A stretch of 50,932 nt of DNA from Crocinitomicaceae bacterium (GCA_023253775.1 JALRFI010000095.1:1-50932); one strand, 5' to 3'; positions 36,849-46,321 are shown, counted from the first letter of the stretch. Notes: a model not told the origin generated them from the sequence alone. Numbers and translations are program-made.

Positions 36849-38380
36849 AAATCAGTGTATGAATTTGTTATTGCCGTCTTAAGGCCGAGCTGTGCAACAA
36901 ATGTTTTGAGGGATGTTGTGTTGTCATTTCTGAAATTAATGGCCCCAAACAGATCAAGGTTCACCTTTCTATTGAAGCGATATCCCATTTCCAATTGATG
37001 AATGACGACATTGCCATTCAACTTTGATTCGTTCTTAATCACAGGCAGGAGTGCCAGATTTCTATGGTCAAACAACTGATAATAATTCAGTTTATAGTCC
37101 GCATAGATTCGTTTCCATTCATGATTTGTGCGGAAAACCAATTCATTGAACCCATTCCCTTTGACTAAAGCCATCGGTGTGTTACCATTCGAAAAATTCA
37201 ACCTGCTGTTTTCATGTTGATACATCCCGTTCGAAGCCTGATTCCACTCCAGCTGGATCATCAGGTCCTTCTGTCCAAACAAGCTGAAAGCCCTTAATCC
37301 CAGCTGCACTGCATATTTCTTGAAATCCCAGTTCGTGCATCCATATTGCCCGTAGATCAGGTAATTCGTTCCTATCCTCAAGCTTGCATCAAGTCCGGTA
37401 ATCGAATTTGATAAGCTATCAGGAGTTATGAATCCAGTTATAAGAGGGATCGGGTTATAATAGGTTGGATAAACAGAACGCACGTTGATCGAATCTCCTT
37501 TTGACCATACGGTCCCTTCAAAAAGAGACACCTTCAAGTTTTTGATCGGTTTCCAAGACAGAAAATTCAATGAATATCCTTTTGTTTCATAGGTCGCCTC
37601 AACGGTTGTACTGACCGGCTTTCTCATCATATTGATCAATCGTGATCGTAGATAGGAAAATTCAAATTTCCCAAAATGCTGATCGATCTTGAAAAAAGGT
37701 GTAGAAATACTATTGTCTGATAGAATAATGGAACGATATCCTGCCCCAATGAAGTGTGGAGTATTCCCTGCTGATATCCATGTTTTCGATAACGGTTGAT
37801 AGATCATGTTCCCTCGTGCATATGCATAATCGAAGCCATCTACAGCAAAAGGTTTTGTACGGGATGCACCTGGAATCATTGCATTTTGGGAATTATAATT
37901 AGCGCCACCGGGATATAATTCTCCAAGGGATTTATAATAGTTGGTCTGATAGATCGCGTATCGCCCCTGGTTCTCAAAAAATGAAGTAGAGAATGAAAAC
38001 TTTTCTCCAAGATCCACTTCAGCGACAAAACCTCGTGTGTTTTGAAATAGTTTTCTTTCGTTGGTATCCTGAAGATCTTTCCCGGTTGAAAGATCTACTA
38101 GCGGTGAAACCCCAATGTAGTAGTTCTTCCCTTTCGATTCGATCAGGTGTTTCTTAAAAAGAATTTCAGTAAGATCATAGTACTGCTTGCTCGAATCAGC
38201 CATTTTTTGGTTAAGATCCAGTTGACTCTCAAAGACTGGAAAGACCGAGGGAAAGAAATCACCTTGAGCATGAATTATTGTTCTGTCCCGATAGAAATTA
38301 TTTAAAAACAGCGTGTTCTGTTGGGAGATCACCGAAGATGACACCAAGCATGAAAGTAGAAGAAACGCTGCCGTTTTCAC
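36845..38380 (-). CDS. outer-membrane beta-barrel protein, Wzi/RemB-like, paralog A
   Basis: Signal peptide, the motif IGAGYRSIILSDNSISTPFF, a C-terminal aromatic residue (...NSYTDF), and a 4-nt overlap with paralog B. Confidence 0.45.
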   Translation of the reverse strand: MKTAAFLLLSCLVSSSVISQQNTLFLNNFYRDRTIIHAQGDFFPSVFPVFESQLDLNQKMADSSKQYYDLTEILFKKHLIESKGKNYYIGVSPLVDLSTGKDLQDTNERKLFQNTRGFVAEVDLGEKFSFSTSFFENQGRYAIYQTNYYKSLGELYPGGANYNSQNAMIPGASRTKPFAVDGFDYAYARGNMIYQPLSKTWISAGNTPHFIGAGYRSIILSDNSISTPFFKIDQHFGKFEFSYLRSRLINMMRKPVSTTVEATYETKGYSLNFLSWKPIKNLKVSLFEGTVWSKGDSINVRSVYPTYYNPIPLITGFITPDSLSNSITGLDASLRIGTNYLIYGQYGCTNWDFKKYAVQLGLRAFSLFGQKDLMIQLEWNQASNGMYQHENSRLNFSNGNTPMALVKGNGFNELVFRTNHEWKRIYADYKLNYYQLFDHRNLALLPVIKNESKLNGNVVIHQLEMGYRFNRKVNLDLFGAINFRNDNTTSLKTFVAQLGLKTAITNSYTDF

Positions 38381-38411
38381 GCCTCTAAAGTAAGCATTGG
38401 TTCGAAATAGA

Positions 38412-38445
38412 TAAAATAAAAAAGGTCACCAAATAGTGACCTTCC
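38412..38445 (-). terminator. intrinsic terminator after the 261-aa T9SS protein gene
   Basis: The minus strand reads AAGGTCAC-TATTTG-GTGACCTT followed by TTTTATTTTAT. Confidence 0.65.
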
Positions 38446-38465
38446 ATAGATGCTATGTCAAAAGC

Positions 38466-39251
38466 TTAGTGCTTTACGATCAGTTTTCTTGTCAATGATT
38501 TACCCTCTATGCCTTCGACAGTCACGAAATAAACTCCGTTTCTGAAGTTAGACGTGTTAATTGGATTTGAACCCTCTGATACTTGATTCATGTATATCAC
38601 ATTTCCAAGCACATCAACAATCTTTACTGTTCCTGAAGTATTGGAAATTGTAAGGTTTAGTTGATCATTTGATGGATTCGGAGAAAGCGAAAGCGCAGGG
38701 GTCAGCTTTGGGGAATTAACACTAAGTGTAAAGTTAATCGTAAGATCCACTGAGTCAACATAGTTCCCTCCAATCGCATCTGTTAAATAATATCTGAAAT
38801 GCGCATAACTCGCATTGTTCACGTCAATAGTAATCCTGGGCTTAATCTCAGCCAATTCACTATTCGTTGTTTGATCCGATCCGTTAACAATGATCGGCGC
38901 GGGGTTACCTTGAGAACTTGGCGTAATATAAAAATCACCAGTTGCATTGTAACACAGTGGTGGCCAACAAAGCTGATCAGCAGGCCAAGTGGATGGCATA
39001 ACCATTGCCCATCTTGTGACCCTCCATTGTTGATCTGAACCTGTATTGTTCGTTACATCAAAATGTGCTTCATATAGAACAGTGTTTGCATCGATCGGAG
39101 TTACGTCCGGAGAAGAGGCATAAAGATTTACTTCATGAGTCCCCCCAGAAATATCTGGACCGGCTCCGTTATAATGAATTTCAATTCCGTCTTGAGCAAA
39201 TGCTGCAACAGAAAAAGAAATTAAACATGCGCCTAGTAATGATTTTTTCAT
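38466..39251 (-). CDS. small T9SS-secreted protein of unknown function
   Basis: Signal peptide (AAFAQ). The C-terminal ~80 aa (LSLSPNPSNDQLNLTI...GVYFVTV...RKLIVKH) is typical of a T9SS type A sorting domain. Confidence 0.7.
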   Translation of the reverse strand: MKKSLLGACLISFSVAAFAQDGIEIHYNGAGPDISGGTHEVNLYASSPDVTPIDANTVLYEAHFDVTNNTGSDQQWRVTRWAMVMPSTWPADQLCWPPLCYNATGDFYITPSSQGNPAPIIVNGSDQTTNSELAEIKPRITIDVNNASYAHFRYYLTDAIGGNYVDSVDLTINFTLSVNSPKLTPALSLSPNPSNDQLNLTISNTSGTVKIVDVLGNVIYMNQVSEGSNPINTSNFRNGVYFVTVEGIEGKSLTRKLIVKH

Positions 39252-39273
39252 AGCTGATGTTTTACAGTCAGTT

Positions 39274-39281
39274 CAAATGTA
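39274..39281 (-). promoter_or_regulatory. putative -7 box (TACATTTG) for the 261-aa T9SS protein gene
   Basis: Exact TAnnTTTG match on the minus strand, 22 nt upstream of the ATG at 39251. Confidence 0.4.
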
Positions 39282-39427
39282 GCTACTAAAATTATGCAAA
39301 AAATTTAAAAAACCTTAAAGTTCTTGTATTCCTAGCAAAATTCATTACGAATCATGTGTCTGTAGAGATAAAATAGGATTTCAAGAATAAAACACCTATT
39401 TCATTCGTGTGTTTCTCTGAAGACCTT

Positions 39428-39435
39428 TATATTTG
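39428..39435 (+). promoter_or_regulatory. putative -7 box (TATATTTG) for the tlpA-like operon
   Basis: Exact TAnnTTTG match 54 nt upstream of the ATG at 39490. It overlaps the TTG used as the start in the ORF track. Confidence 0.4.
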
Positions 39436-39489
39436 AAATGCGGCAAGGTTTTTGAAATTCCCACCGCAAAATTGACAAATAAACGATCT

Positions 39490-40002
39490 ATGAAAAAACT
39501 TGCAACTCTATTCTTTGCCCTAACCATTTCAGTGGCGGCCTTCTCACAGGAAGATGAACACAAAACTGACCTGAAGTCATTGCCGTCGGTGACGCTGAAA
39601 GACATGGAGGGAAAAACTGTAAACACTTCTGAAATGGGATTTGAAGGTCCTGTAGTGATCAGTTTCTGGGCAACGTGGTGTTCGCCATGTAAGCGCGAAT
39701 TGAATACGATCCATGACCTTTATACAGATTGGCAGGATGAAACAGGAGTTAATCTTGTGGCGGTTTCGATCGATGATCAGAAAACAATGAGCTCTGTTCC
39801 TGTTTATGTGAATGGAAAAGGATGGGAGTATTTAGTGTTGATGGATCCTAACGGTGATTTTAAAAGAGCAATGGGAGTAAACAATGTGCCTCATACTTTT
39901 TTGATCAATCAACAGGGGGAGATCGTTTATTCACACAATAACTACGCTCCGGGCGACGAAGAAAAACTTTACGAAGAAATTAAAAAACTGACAGGGAAAT
40001 AA
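39490..40002 (+). CDS. TlpA/ResA-family periplasmic thiol:disulfide oxidoreductase
   Basis: Signal peptide MKKLATLFFALTISVAAFSQ and thioredoxin motif FWATWCSPCKRE. The ATG at 39490 is preferred over the upstream TTG. Confidence 0.85.
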   Translation: MKKLATLFFALTISVAAFSQEDEHKTDLKSLPSVTLKDMEGKTVNTSEMGFEGPVVISFWATWCSPCKRELNTIHDLYTDWQDETGVNLVAVSIDDQKTMSSVPVYVNGKGWEYLVLMDPNGDFKRAMGVNNVPHTFLINQQGEIVYSHNNYAPGDEEKLYEEIKKLTGK

Positions 40003-40036
40003 TTTCCTTTTTACCAAACTACTTTGCTTTACTTCA

Positions 40037-41734
40037 ATGAAAAAAACCGGTCTACTGGCTTTGTCCTTTGTGGCAATTAGTTCCGTTTTCGGACAAGGAA
40101 TTCCTCCTAGCATTACTGGGAACATGGAATCCAATTTTCAATATCTCCAAGAAGATTCGATCATTGGAGCCAATCAACCCGCCGAAAAAGGCTTGTTGAA
40201 CTCCTACATGAACCTGTTTTACACACAGGGGAATGTCAAGGCTGGGATGCGCGTTGAATCATATCTACCAAGGATTAACGGATATCCTACTGTTTTTGAT
40301 GGTACGGGGATCGGAATGCGCTACATTGGTTATGCCAATGATTTTGTTGATATTACTCTTGGTTCTTTCTACGAACAGTTCGGTTCAGGACTTTCACTCA
40401 GGGCCTACGAAGACCGTGCTTTGGGATACGACAACATGCTTGACGGTGTTCGTCTGAAGATCACTCCAATGAAAGGTTTAGAAATCAAAACTGTTTATGG
40501 AAAGCAGCGATATGCCTTCATTGAGGGACAGATCCAGCATAGTCCCGGAGTAGTAAGGGGATTCGATGGAGAGCTCCATCTGAATGAAGCGTTTAAACTA
40601 TTGTCTGAAAAGAAACTCGACATTACTGTTGGTGGTTCCTTTGTTAGTAAATATCAACGAGACGATAACGACGCATTGATCCTACCTGAAAATGTAGGTT
40701 GTTATGGAGGAAGAACCAAATTAAGATATGGAAAGTGGGCCTTTGATGCCGAATATGTGATCAAGGAACAAGACCCTTCACAAGACAACGATTACATCTA
40801 CAATTTTGGACATGCATTGGTTACGAACTTAACCTATTCTCAAAAAGGACTTGGGATCTTATTATCTGCAAAGTCAGCTGACAACATGAGTTATCGTTCG
40901 GATCGTACAAAGCAGCTTCAGAACGTGCTGATCAATTATCTGCCTGCGATGAACAAGACGCATACGTATAACCTCGTTGCTTCTCTTTATCCTTATGCCA
41001 CTCAGCCGGTGGGTGAAATTGCTTACCAGGCTGAAGTGTTGTACTCTTTCAAAAAAGGTTCACCGATCGGTGGAAAATACGGGACTTCGATCAATGCAAA
41101 TTACTCATCGGCATACCGACCAATGAGACACACTTCAGGGATCAGCCCATTGGATTCGACAGGCGTTACCTATACAAGTGGGGTTTTTGACATGAGCGAT
41201 AGTTTGTATTGGAGAGATATCAATTTTAATATCACGAAGAAGTTCAATAAGAATTTCAACATGATCCTTAGCTATTTCAATATTACGTTGAACAATGATG
41301 TGGCAACAGTAACGAAAGTGCAAGGTTTTATTAAGTCACATATTTTCGTTCTTGAGACAGGGCATAAGTTCAAGAACAAGTCCTCAATGCGAACGGAATT
41401 GCAATGGTTATTGATCAATCGTAAAGATGGTTTCCCGGTCGACAAAGGTGATTGGGCAACATTACTGATCGAATACACGATCAATTCAAACTGGTTTGTG
41501 AGTGTAATGGACCAGTTTAACTACGTGACTTTTGATTCATCGATCCTACATGAGGTGGAAGGCAAATACCACAGAGCACATCACCCATATCTGACTGTAG
41601 GGTATATCCATGAAGCAACGCGCATCATGGCTTCCTATGGTAGACAGCGTGCCGGACTGTTCTGTGTTGGAGGTGTATGTCGTCCAGTACCTGCATCCAA
41701 TGGTTTAACGATCTCATTTACGCACAGTTTTTAA
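40037..41734 (+). CDS. outer-membrane beta-barrel protein (possibly DUF6029 family)
   Basis: Signal peptide ending FGQ, beta-rich composition, and a C-terminal ...ISFTHSF with a terminal Phe typical of OMPs. The family name is from memory of similar gene neighbourhoods and is unverified. Confidence 0.5.
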   Translation: MKKTGLLALSFVAISSVFGQGIPPSITGNMESNFQYLQEDSIIGANQPAEKGLLNSYMNLFYTQGNVKAGMRVESYLPRINGYPTVFDGTGIGMRYIGYANDFVDITLGSFYEQFGSGLSLRAYEDRALGYDNMLDGVRLKITPMKGLEIKTVYGKQRYAFIEGQIQHSPGVVRGFDGELHLNEAFKLLSEKKLDITVGGSFVSKYQRDDNDALILPENVGCYGGRTKLRYGKWAFDAEYVIKEQDPSQDNDYIYNFGHALVTNLTYSQKGLGILLSAKSADNMSYRSDRTKQLQNVLINYLPAMNKTHTYNLVASLYPYATQPVGEIAYQAEVLYSFKKGSPIGGKYGTSINANYSSAYRPMRHTSGISPLDSTGVTYTSGVFDMSDSLYWRDINFNITKKFNKNFNMILSYFNITLNNDVATVTKVQGFIKSHIFVLETGHKFKNKSSMRTELQWLLINRKDGFPVDKGDWATLLIEYTINSNWFVSVMDQFNYVTFDSSILHEVEGKYHRAHHPYLTVGYIHEATRIMASYGRQRAGLFCVGGVCRPVPASNGLTISFTHSF

Positions 41735-41743
41735 TTGAAGACT

Positions 41744-42718
41744 ATGAAAAAAATACTTATCCTTTCTTCCATTGTATCAGCTTTTCTGATCGCGTCATGT
41801 GACAAGGTAGAAAACCCATTTCCTCCTTCAGCAAATGTGGATCTGGATACTACGATCTATCCGGGAACATGGGCAGATTATGTGGCTAACGAATGGCCTG
41901 ATTTTACTGCTATGCCAGACGAAAATCCAAACAGAAATGCATTGATCGAAGACTTCACAGGACACAATTGCTCCAATTGTCCTGCTGCAGCAACGGTGGC
42001 GCATGGATTGCATGAGGCGAACCCGACAAGAGTTTTCGTGGCAAGTATTCACGCTTCGAATACTACATCCGGAACTTCTTCTTTTCAGGCGGTGAATCTG
42101 GCTGCAGGATATACGGTAGATTTTACAAATCCGAATAGCCTTGCTCTAGGAACATATTTCGGAATTACCCTGCCAAATTCAGGATTCTTTGGAAACCCTG
42201 CGGGAACAGTGAGTCGCACAAATGTAGCTGGAGAATACTTTTCGGCTTCAGGATCCTGGTCGACAAGAGTGAATGACGTAATGAATTCCTCTTTAAAGGT
42301 GAAGATCAAGGCGAAACTCAACTACTATGAAACTCCATCGCACGGATTCTTCCTTCATACCGAGATCGAAAAGGTGGATGCATCAATCACCAATGACCTT
42401 GGAATAGTCGCATGGTTGATCGAAGACACACTTGTTGCTCCTCAAAACGTAAACAATGCACTTATCAATGACTACGTTCACAGAGACATTATGCGTGGTT
42501 CACTTGATGGACTAACCTGGGGTCAAACATTAACTTCTGAAATGATGACCAATGGGAAATACTATGTGAATTACAGTTATATCCTACCTGATCAGTTGTA
42601 TCCTCAAAACGGAACTTCAACAGGTCACAATCCGGAGAACATGCACGTTTTGATCTATGTGTATGACAAAACTACGCTGGAGATCTACCAGGTGATCAAA
42701 AAGAAGATCATACCTTAA
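41744..42718 (+). CDS. Omp28-related lipoprotein with a thioredoxin-like CxxC motif
   Basis: Lipobox (FLIASCDK) and IEDFTGHNCSNCPAA (CxxC). The ATG at 41744 is preferred over the TTG at 41735, which abuts the previous stop codon. Confidence 0.55.
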   Translation: MKKILILSSIVSAFLIASCDKVENPFPPSANVDLDTTIYPGTWADYVANEWPDFTAMPDENPNRNALIEDFTGHNCSNCPAAATVAHGLHEANPTRVFVASIHASNTTSGTSSFQAVNLAAGYTVDFTNPNSLALGTYFGITLPNSGFFGNPAGTVSRTNVAGEYFSASGSWSTRVNDVMNSSLKVKIKAKLNYYETPSHGFFLHTEIEKVDASITNDLGIVAWLIEDTLVAPQNVNNALINDYVHRDIMRGSLDGLTWGQTLTSEMMTNGKYYVNYSYILPDQLYPQNGTSTGHNPENMHVLIYVYDKTTLEIYQVIKKKIIP

Positions 42719-42744
42719 ATTGTTTCATTGAACTCACATTATAG

Positions 42745-42776
42745 AAAAGGGGCTATTTGCCCCTTTTTCATTTTTT
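42745..42776 (+). terminator. intrinsic terminator after the tlpA-like operon
   Basis: AAAAGGGGC-TATTT-GCCCCTTTT followed by TCATTTTTT. Confidence 0.7.
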
Positions 42777-42845
42777 AACACATTGGGGTATACTTTTTTT
42801 AAAACGTTTTCGTTAATTTGAGAGAACAAACAAACCATTGTAGCT

Positions 42846-43046
42846 ATGCTTGAACTGACTAAAAAGATCCTGGTTAAGGTGAGTTTTGATGCCAAGTTGT
42901 TTCAAAAAGAACTTCACAAAGCACTCAAATGGATCCAAGATGCCGAAGAGGTCAAAAAATTTCAAGAGTGGTGTATTGTCGAATTTGGTACGAAGTACCC
43001 GATTATTATTAAACAGGCCTTTGAATTGGCCGCCGTAAAAAACTAA
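42846..43046 (+). CDS. hypothetical 66-aa helical protein
   Basis: An ORF with balanced charged/hydrophobic composition, bracketed by two clean intrinsic terminators. I recognise no motif. Confidence 0.4.
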   Translation: MLELTKKILVKVSFDAKLFQKELHKALKWIQDAEEVKKFQEWCIVEFGTKYPIIIKQAFELAAVKN

Positions 43047-43075
43047 AAAAGGGGAGCAGTTGCTCCCCTTTTGTA
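43045..43075. terminator. bidirectional intrinsic terminator between convergent genes
   Basis: AAAAAA-GGGGAGC-AGTT-GCTCCCC-TTTTG, with an A-tract on one side and a T-tract on the other. Confidence 0.7.
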
Positions 43076-43091
43076 TTTCAAGTTCTCTATG

Positions 43092-43559
43092 TTATTCGAA
43101 TTCGATCAAAACAGATCCTTTGTCTACTACCTGGTCTTTTGATACCAGAATCGCTTTGACTTTTCCTATTCCTTCTGCTTTCAAAACGTTTTCCATTTTC
43201 ATGGCTTCCAATGACAACACCTCATCTCCCGGATTCAATTCCTGTCCAACTTCAACAGCAACATTCACAATTCTACCCGGCATTGGAGCCTGAAGCTCTT
43301 TCAGCTTCTTGATCTTCGGTTTGTCAAGTCCAAGCGAAGCGATCAGATCATCAAGTTCTCCTTTTTTCTTCACCTCAAAAACGCGGTGATTGATCTTGAT
43401 CTTTAATCGATTGTCTTCCGATCTGTCTTCCATCAATTCTCCATGAAATACTTCTCCTTTATACGTGAGGGTAAAAAAGGAATTATCTTCCCATTCTACT
43501 ACTGCACCATCTGTACCAAGTACATCCTTGCCGTCAAAATTCCAAACGCGATTTGCCAT
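43092..43559 (-). CDS. biotin carboxyl carrier (biotinyl-domain) protein, stand-alone
   Basis: The C-terminal biotinyl domain has the LEAMKMEN attachment motif. The ~80-aa N-terminal region is unassigned. Confidence 0.75.
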   Translation of the reverse strand: MANRVWNFDGKDVLGTDGAVVEWEDNSFFTLTYKGEVFHGELMEDRSEDNRLKIKINHRVFEVKKKGELDDLIASLGLDKPKIKKLKELQAPMPGRIVNVAVEVGQELNPGDEVLSLEAMKMENVLKAEGIGKVKAILVSKDQVVDKGSVLIEFE

Positions 43560-43576
43560 TTATCCTTTATTTATTG

Positions 43577-43584
43577 CAAAAATA
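43577..43584 (-). promoter_or_regulatory. putative -7 box (TATTTTTG) for the biotinyl-domain gene
   Basis: Exact TAnnTTTG match on the minus strand, 17 nt upstream of the ATG at 43559. Confidence 0.4.
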
Positions 43585-43665
43585 ACAGAAACAAGATGCC
43601 TTGAAATAAATTTTGTTTCAATTCCGATAGAAATCATCAGATTTGTACACCATAAATGGAATAAC

Positions 43666-46266
43666 ATGAAGAAAATTCTTTTTCTCTTTTCTGCCTCAAT
43701 TCTGATGGCATGTTCGAATGTCGATAAGGAACCAAAAACGATCGTCGACAATTCCAATGAAGTAGTGGTTGAAGAAGTCATAGAAACACCTACTGAAAGA
43801 CCTACATACAGAGAAGCTGAAACTATTTTGACGGACCTGATCCACACCAAGCTTGAAGTGAATTTCAACTGGGATCTGTCCAGAATGAACGGTGTAGCTA
43901 CGATCACTGCCAAACCTCATTTTTATACATCAGACAGTTTGATCCTTGATGCAAAAGGAATGGACATCAACGCTGTTTCTTTGAATGATAAAGCATTGAA
44001 GTTTACATATGACAGCTCTTTTTTGAGAATCCAGCTGGATAAAAAATACACACGCAAAGAAAACTATACAGTAAGCATCAAGTATGTTGCAAAACCCGAT
44101 GAAAGAACGGTTGGTGGAAGCGCTGCGATCATGTCGGATAAAGGATTGTACTTTATCAATCCAAAAGGAGAAGATAAAAACAAAATGCCGCAGATCTGGA
44201 CTCAAGGCGAAACGGAAGCAAGCTCTGTCTGGTTTCCAACCATTGATTCGCCAAATGCGAAAACTACGCAGGAGATCTTCATTACTGTGCAGGATAAATT
44301 TGTGACATTATCGAATGGTAAGATGGTTTCTTCCAAGAAGAATGCAGATGGAACCAGAACCGACCACTGGAAGCAGGATCTACCACATGCTCCGTATTTA
44401 TTCATGATGGGTGTTGGAGAATTCAAAGTAGTAAAAGACACCTATACACGTCCGGATGGAACCAAAATGGATGTGAATTACTACGTTGAACCGGAATGGG
44501 AGCCGTATGCAAAATCCATCTTCGGAGAGACCCCAAAAATGATCCGTTACTTCTCAGACCTTTTAGGCGTTGAATATCCATGGGATAAATACAGTCAGAT
44601 CGTTGTGCGTGATTACGTTTCAGGAGCCATGGAAAACACAGGGGCTGTGATCTTTGGTGATTTTGTATACAAGAACGATCGAGAATTGCTGGATGAGAAT
44701 GATCAGTCTACGATCGCACACGAGCTTTTCCACCACTGGTTTGGTGATCTTGTAACGTGTGAATCATGGTCAAATCTTCCATTAAATGAGTCATTTGCCA
44801 ATTACTCGCAGTACCTGTGGGATGAATTCAGATACGGTAAAGATGAAGCCGATTTTCAGGCAGAAGCTGAAATGGACGGGTATTTCCAGTCGGCACAAAT
44901 GTCGGGATACCATGATCTGATCTGGTTCGATTATGACGATAAAGAACAAATGTTCGACGGACACTCTTACAATAAAGGAGGAAGAATTCTACACATGCTG
45001 AGATCATACATCGATGATGAAGCGTTCTTTGCAGGGATCAAGAACTATTTGCAGACCAACAAATTCAAGCCGGCTGAATTCCATCAGTTGCGTATCGCTT
45101 TTGAAGAAGTATGCGGAGAGGATCTGAACTGGTTCTTTAATCAGTGGTTCCTTGGCTCGGGTCATCCGATCCTTGATTTCTCTCAGGAGATCGATGCGGA
45201 AAGATCAGTTGTTAAAGTGACTGTGAAACAAAAGCAGAACCTTGAATTATCTCCAATCTATAAATTACCGATCCAGATGATGGTGTGCGATGCGAATGGC
45301 AAGCGTACAGAAAAAGTAGTGGTTGATCAGCTTGAACAAACTTTTGAATTTCCGTTCAATGGGATCTTGAAGTGTGTGATCTATGATCAGCAAGAAATGT
45401 TGCTGGCGAAAGTAAGAGAGAACAAGCCTCAGGAGCAATATATTTTCCAGTTCTATAACAGCCATAAATGGAGAACCAGAAGAGATGGTTTGATGCAGGG
45501 GTCAAAAGGAAAAGGGGCAGCAATCGAACAAATGGTGCTGGATGCCTTGAATGATCCGTTCTGGGATATCCGAATTACAGCAATTGAAAAGGCCGTGAAG
45601 CTCGAGGGCGACAACAAGACCAAAGGACTCACTGTGATCACTGATCTGGCAAAGAACGACCCTGTTTCGAAAGTAAGAGCCGCGGCGTTGAACTTCCTGA
45701 ACAACAACTCGGAGAACAACAACAACATCGCGATCTATACAGAACGAATCGAAAAAGATAGTTCGTATCTGGTTGTCACCACTGCGCTAAGACAATTGGG
45801 TAAGATAGACCCGGATAAAGCAATGGGACTGGCGAAGGAGCTTGAAACTGAAAAGTCATCTAAAATGATGTCGGGTATTGCACAATTGTATGGAGCATAT
45901 GCAGGACCAGAAGCCATGACCTACTTTGAAAAGGCGCTGAAAGGAAATGTACTTCAGGGCTTTGATCAGCTGGGTGTTATGAATAGCTTGACTTTTTATG
46001 TGAGCCGCCAGGAACCGGAAGTGATCGCCTCTTCATTCGGCATCTATGAGTACCTGAAAAGCAACAGTGGTTTCTATACGCAGATGTTCCTTCCTCAAAA
46101 CATCAATTTCCTGATCACGGGGTTTGAATCGAAGTTGGAAGAGCTGGATGCAGAGATCGAAGCGCACGAAAAGAATAAGGATGCTGCTTATGCAGATCAG
46201 GCTCGAAAGCGCAAGAAAAGCTATCAAGACCTGCTCGATCAGTTCAACACTTTAGTACAAGAATAA
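43666..46266 (+). CDS. pepN: M1-family zinc aminopeptidase (aminopeptidase N-like) lipoprotein with a C-terminal HEAT-like region
   Basis: GAMEN exopeptidase motif, HELFHHWFGD zinc motif, and the downstream NESFANY Glu. I set the start at the ATG at 43666 (MKKILFLFSASILMACSN lipobox). The track's upstream 67 codons overlap the opposite-strand gene. Confidence 0.9.
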   Translation: MKKILFLFSASILMACSNVDKEPKTIVDNSNEVVVEEVIETPTERPTYREAETILTDLIHTKLEVNFNWDLSRMNGVATITAKPHFYTSDSLILDAKGMDINAVSLNDKALKFTYDSSFLRIQLDKKYTRKENYTVSIKYVAKPDERTVGGSAAIMSDKGLYFINPKGEDKNKMPQIWTQGETEASSVWFPTIDSPNAKTTQEIFITVQDKFVTLSNGKMVSSKKNADGTRTDHWKQDLPHAPYLFMMGVGEFKVVKDTYTRPDGTKMDVNYYVEPEWEPYAKSIFGETPKMIRYFSDLLGVEYPWDKYSQIVVRDYVSGAMENTGAVIFGDFVYKNDRELLDENDQSTIAHELFHHWFGDLVTCESWSNLPLNESFANYSQYLWDEFRYGKDEADFQAEAEMDGYFQSAQMSGYHDLIWFDYDDKEQMFDGHSYNKGGRILHMLRSYIDDEAFFAGIKNYLQTNKFKPAEFHQLRIAFEEVCGEDLNWFFNQWFLGSGHPILDFSQEIDAERSVVKVTVKQKQNLELSPIYKLPIQMMVCDANGKRTEKVVVDQLEQTFEFPFNGILKCVIYDQQEMLLAKVRENKPQEQYIFQFYNSHKWRTRRDGLMQGSKGKGAAIEQMVLDALNDPFWDIRITAIEKAVKLEGDNKTKGLTVITDLAKNDPVSKVRAAALNFLNNNSENNNNIAIYTERIEKDSSYLVVTTALRQLGKIDPDKAMGLAKELETEKSSKMMSGIAQLYGAYAGPEAMTYFEKALKGNVLQGFDQLGVMNSLTFYVSRQEPEVIASSFGIYEYLKSNSGFYTQMFLPQNINFLITGFESKLEELDAEIEAHEKNKDAAYADQARKRKKSYQDLLDQFNTLVQE

Positions 46267-46270
46267 AAGT

Positions 46271-46296
46271 AGCCCCCTAAGGGGCTTTTTCTTTTT
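46271..46296 (+). terminator. intrinsic terminator after the M1 peptidase gene
   Basis: AGCCCC-CTAA-GGGGCT followed by TTTTCTTTTT. Confidence 0.7.
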
Positions 46297-46321
46297 GGTG
46301 AACATTTTTTTCATTTATTTT

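Noticed and set aside
35394-38380. The two barrel ORFs as one gene split by a frameshift (pseudogene)
   Set aside because: Each has its own signal peptide and a full set of similar motifs. They are full-length paralogs with a 4-nt coupled overlap, not fragments of one gene.
39433-39489. The TTG start at 39433 for the tlpA-like gene
   Set aside because: This TTG lies inside the TATATTTG -7 box. The ATG at 39490 starts a canonical signal peptide.
43465-43665. The 67-codon N-terminal extension of the M1 peptidase ORF given in the track
   Set aside because: It overlaps the 5' end of the well-supported biotinyl-carrier gene on the opposite strand and that gene's promoter region. The Met at 43666 begins a textbook lipoprotein signal peptide.
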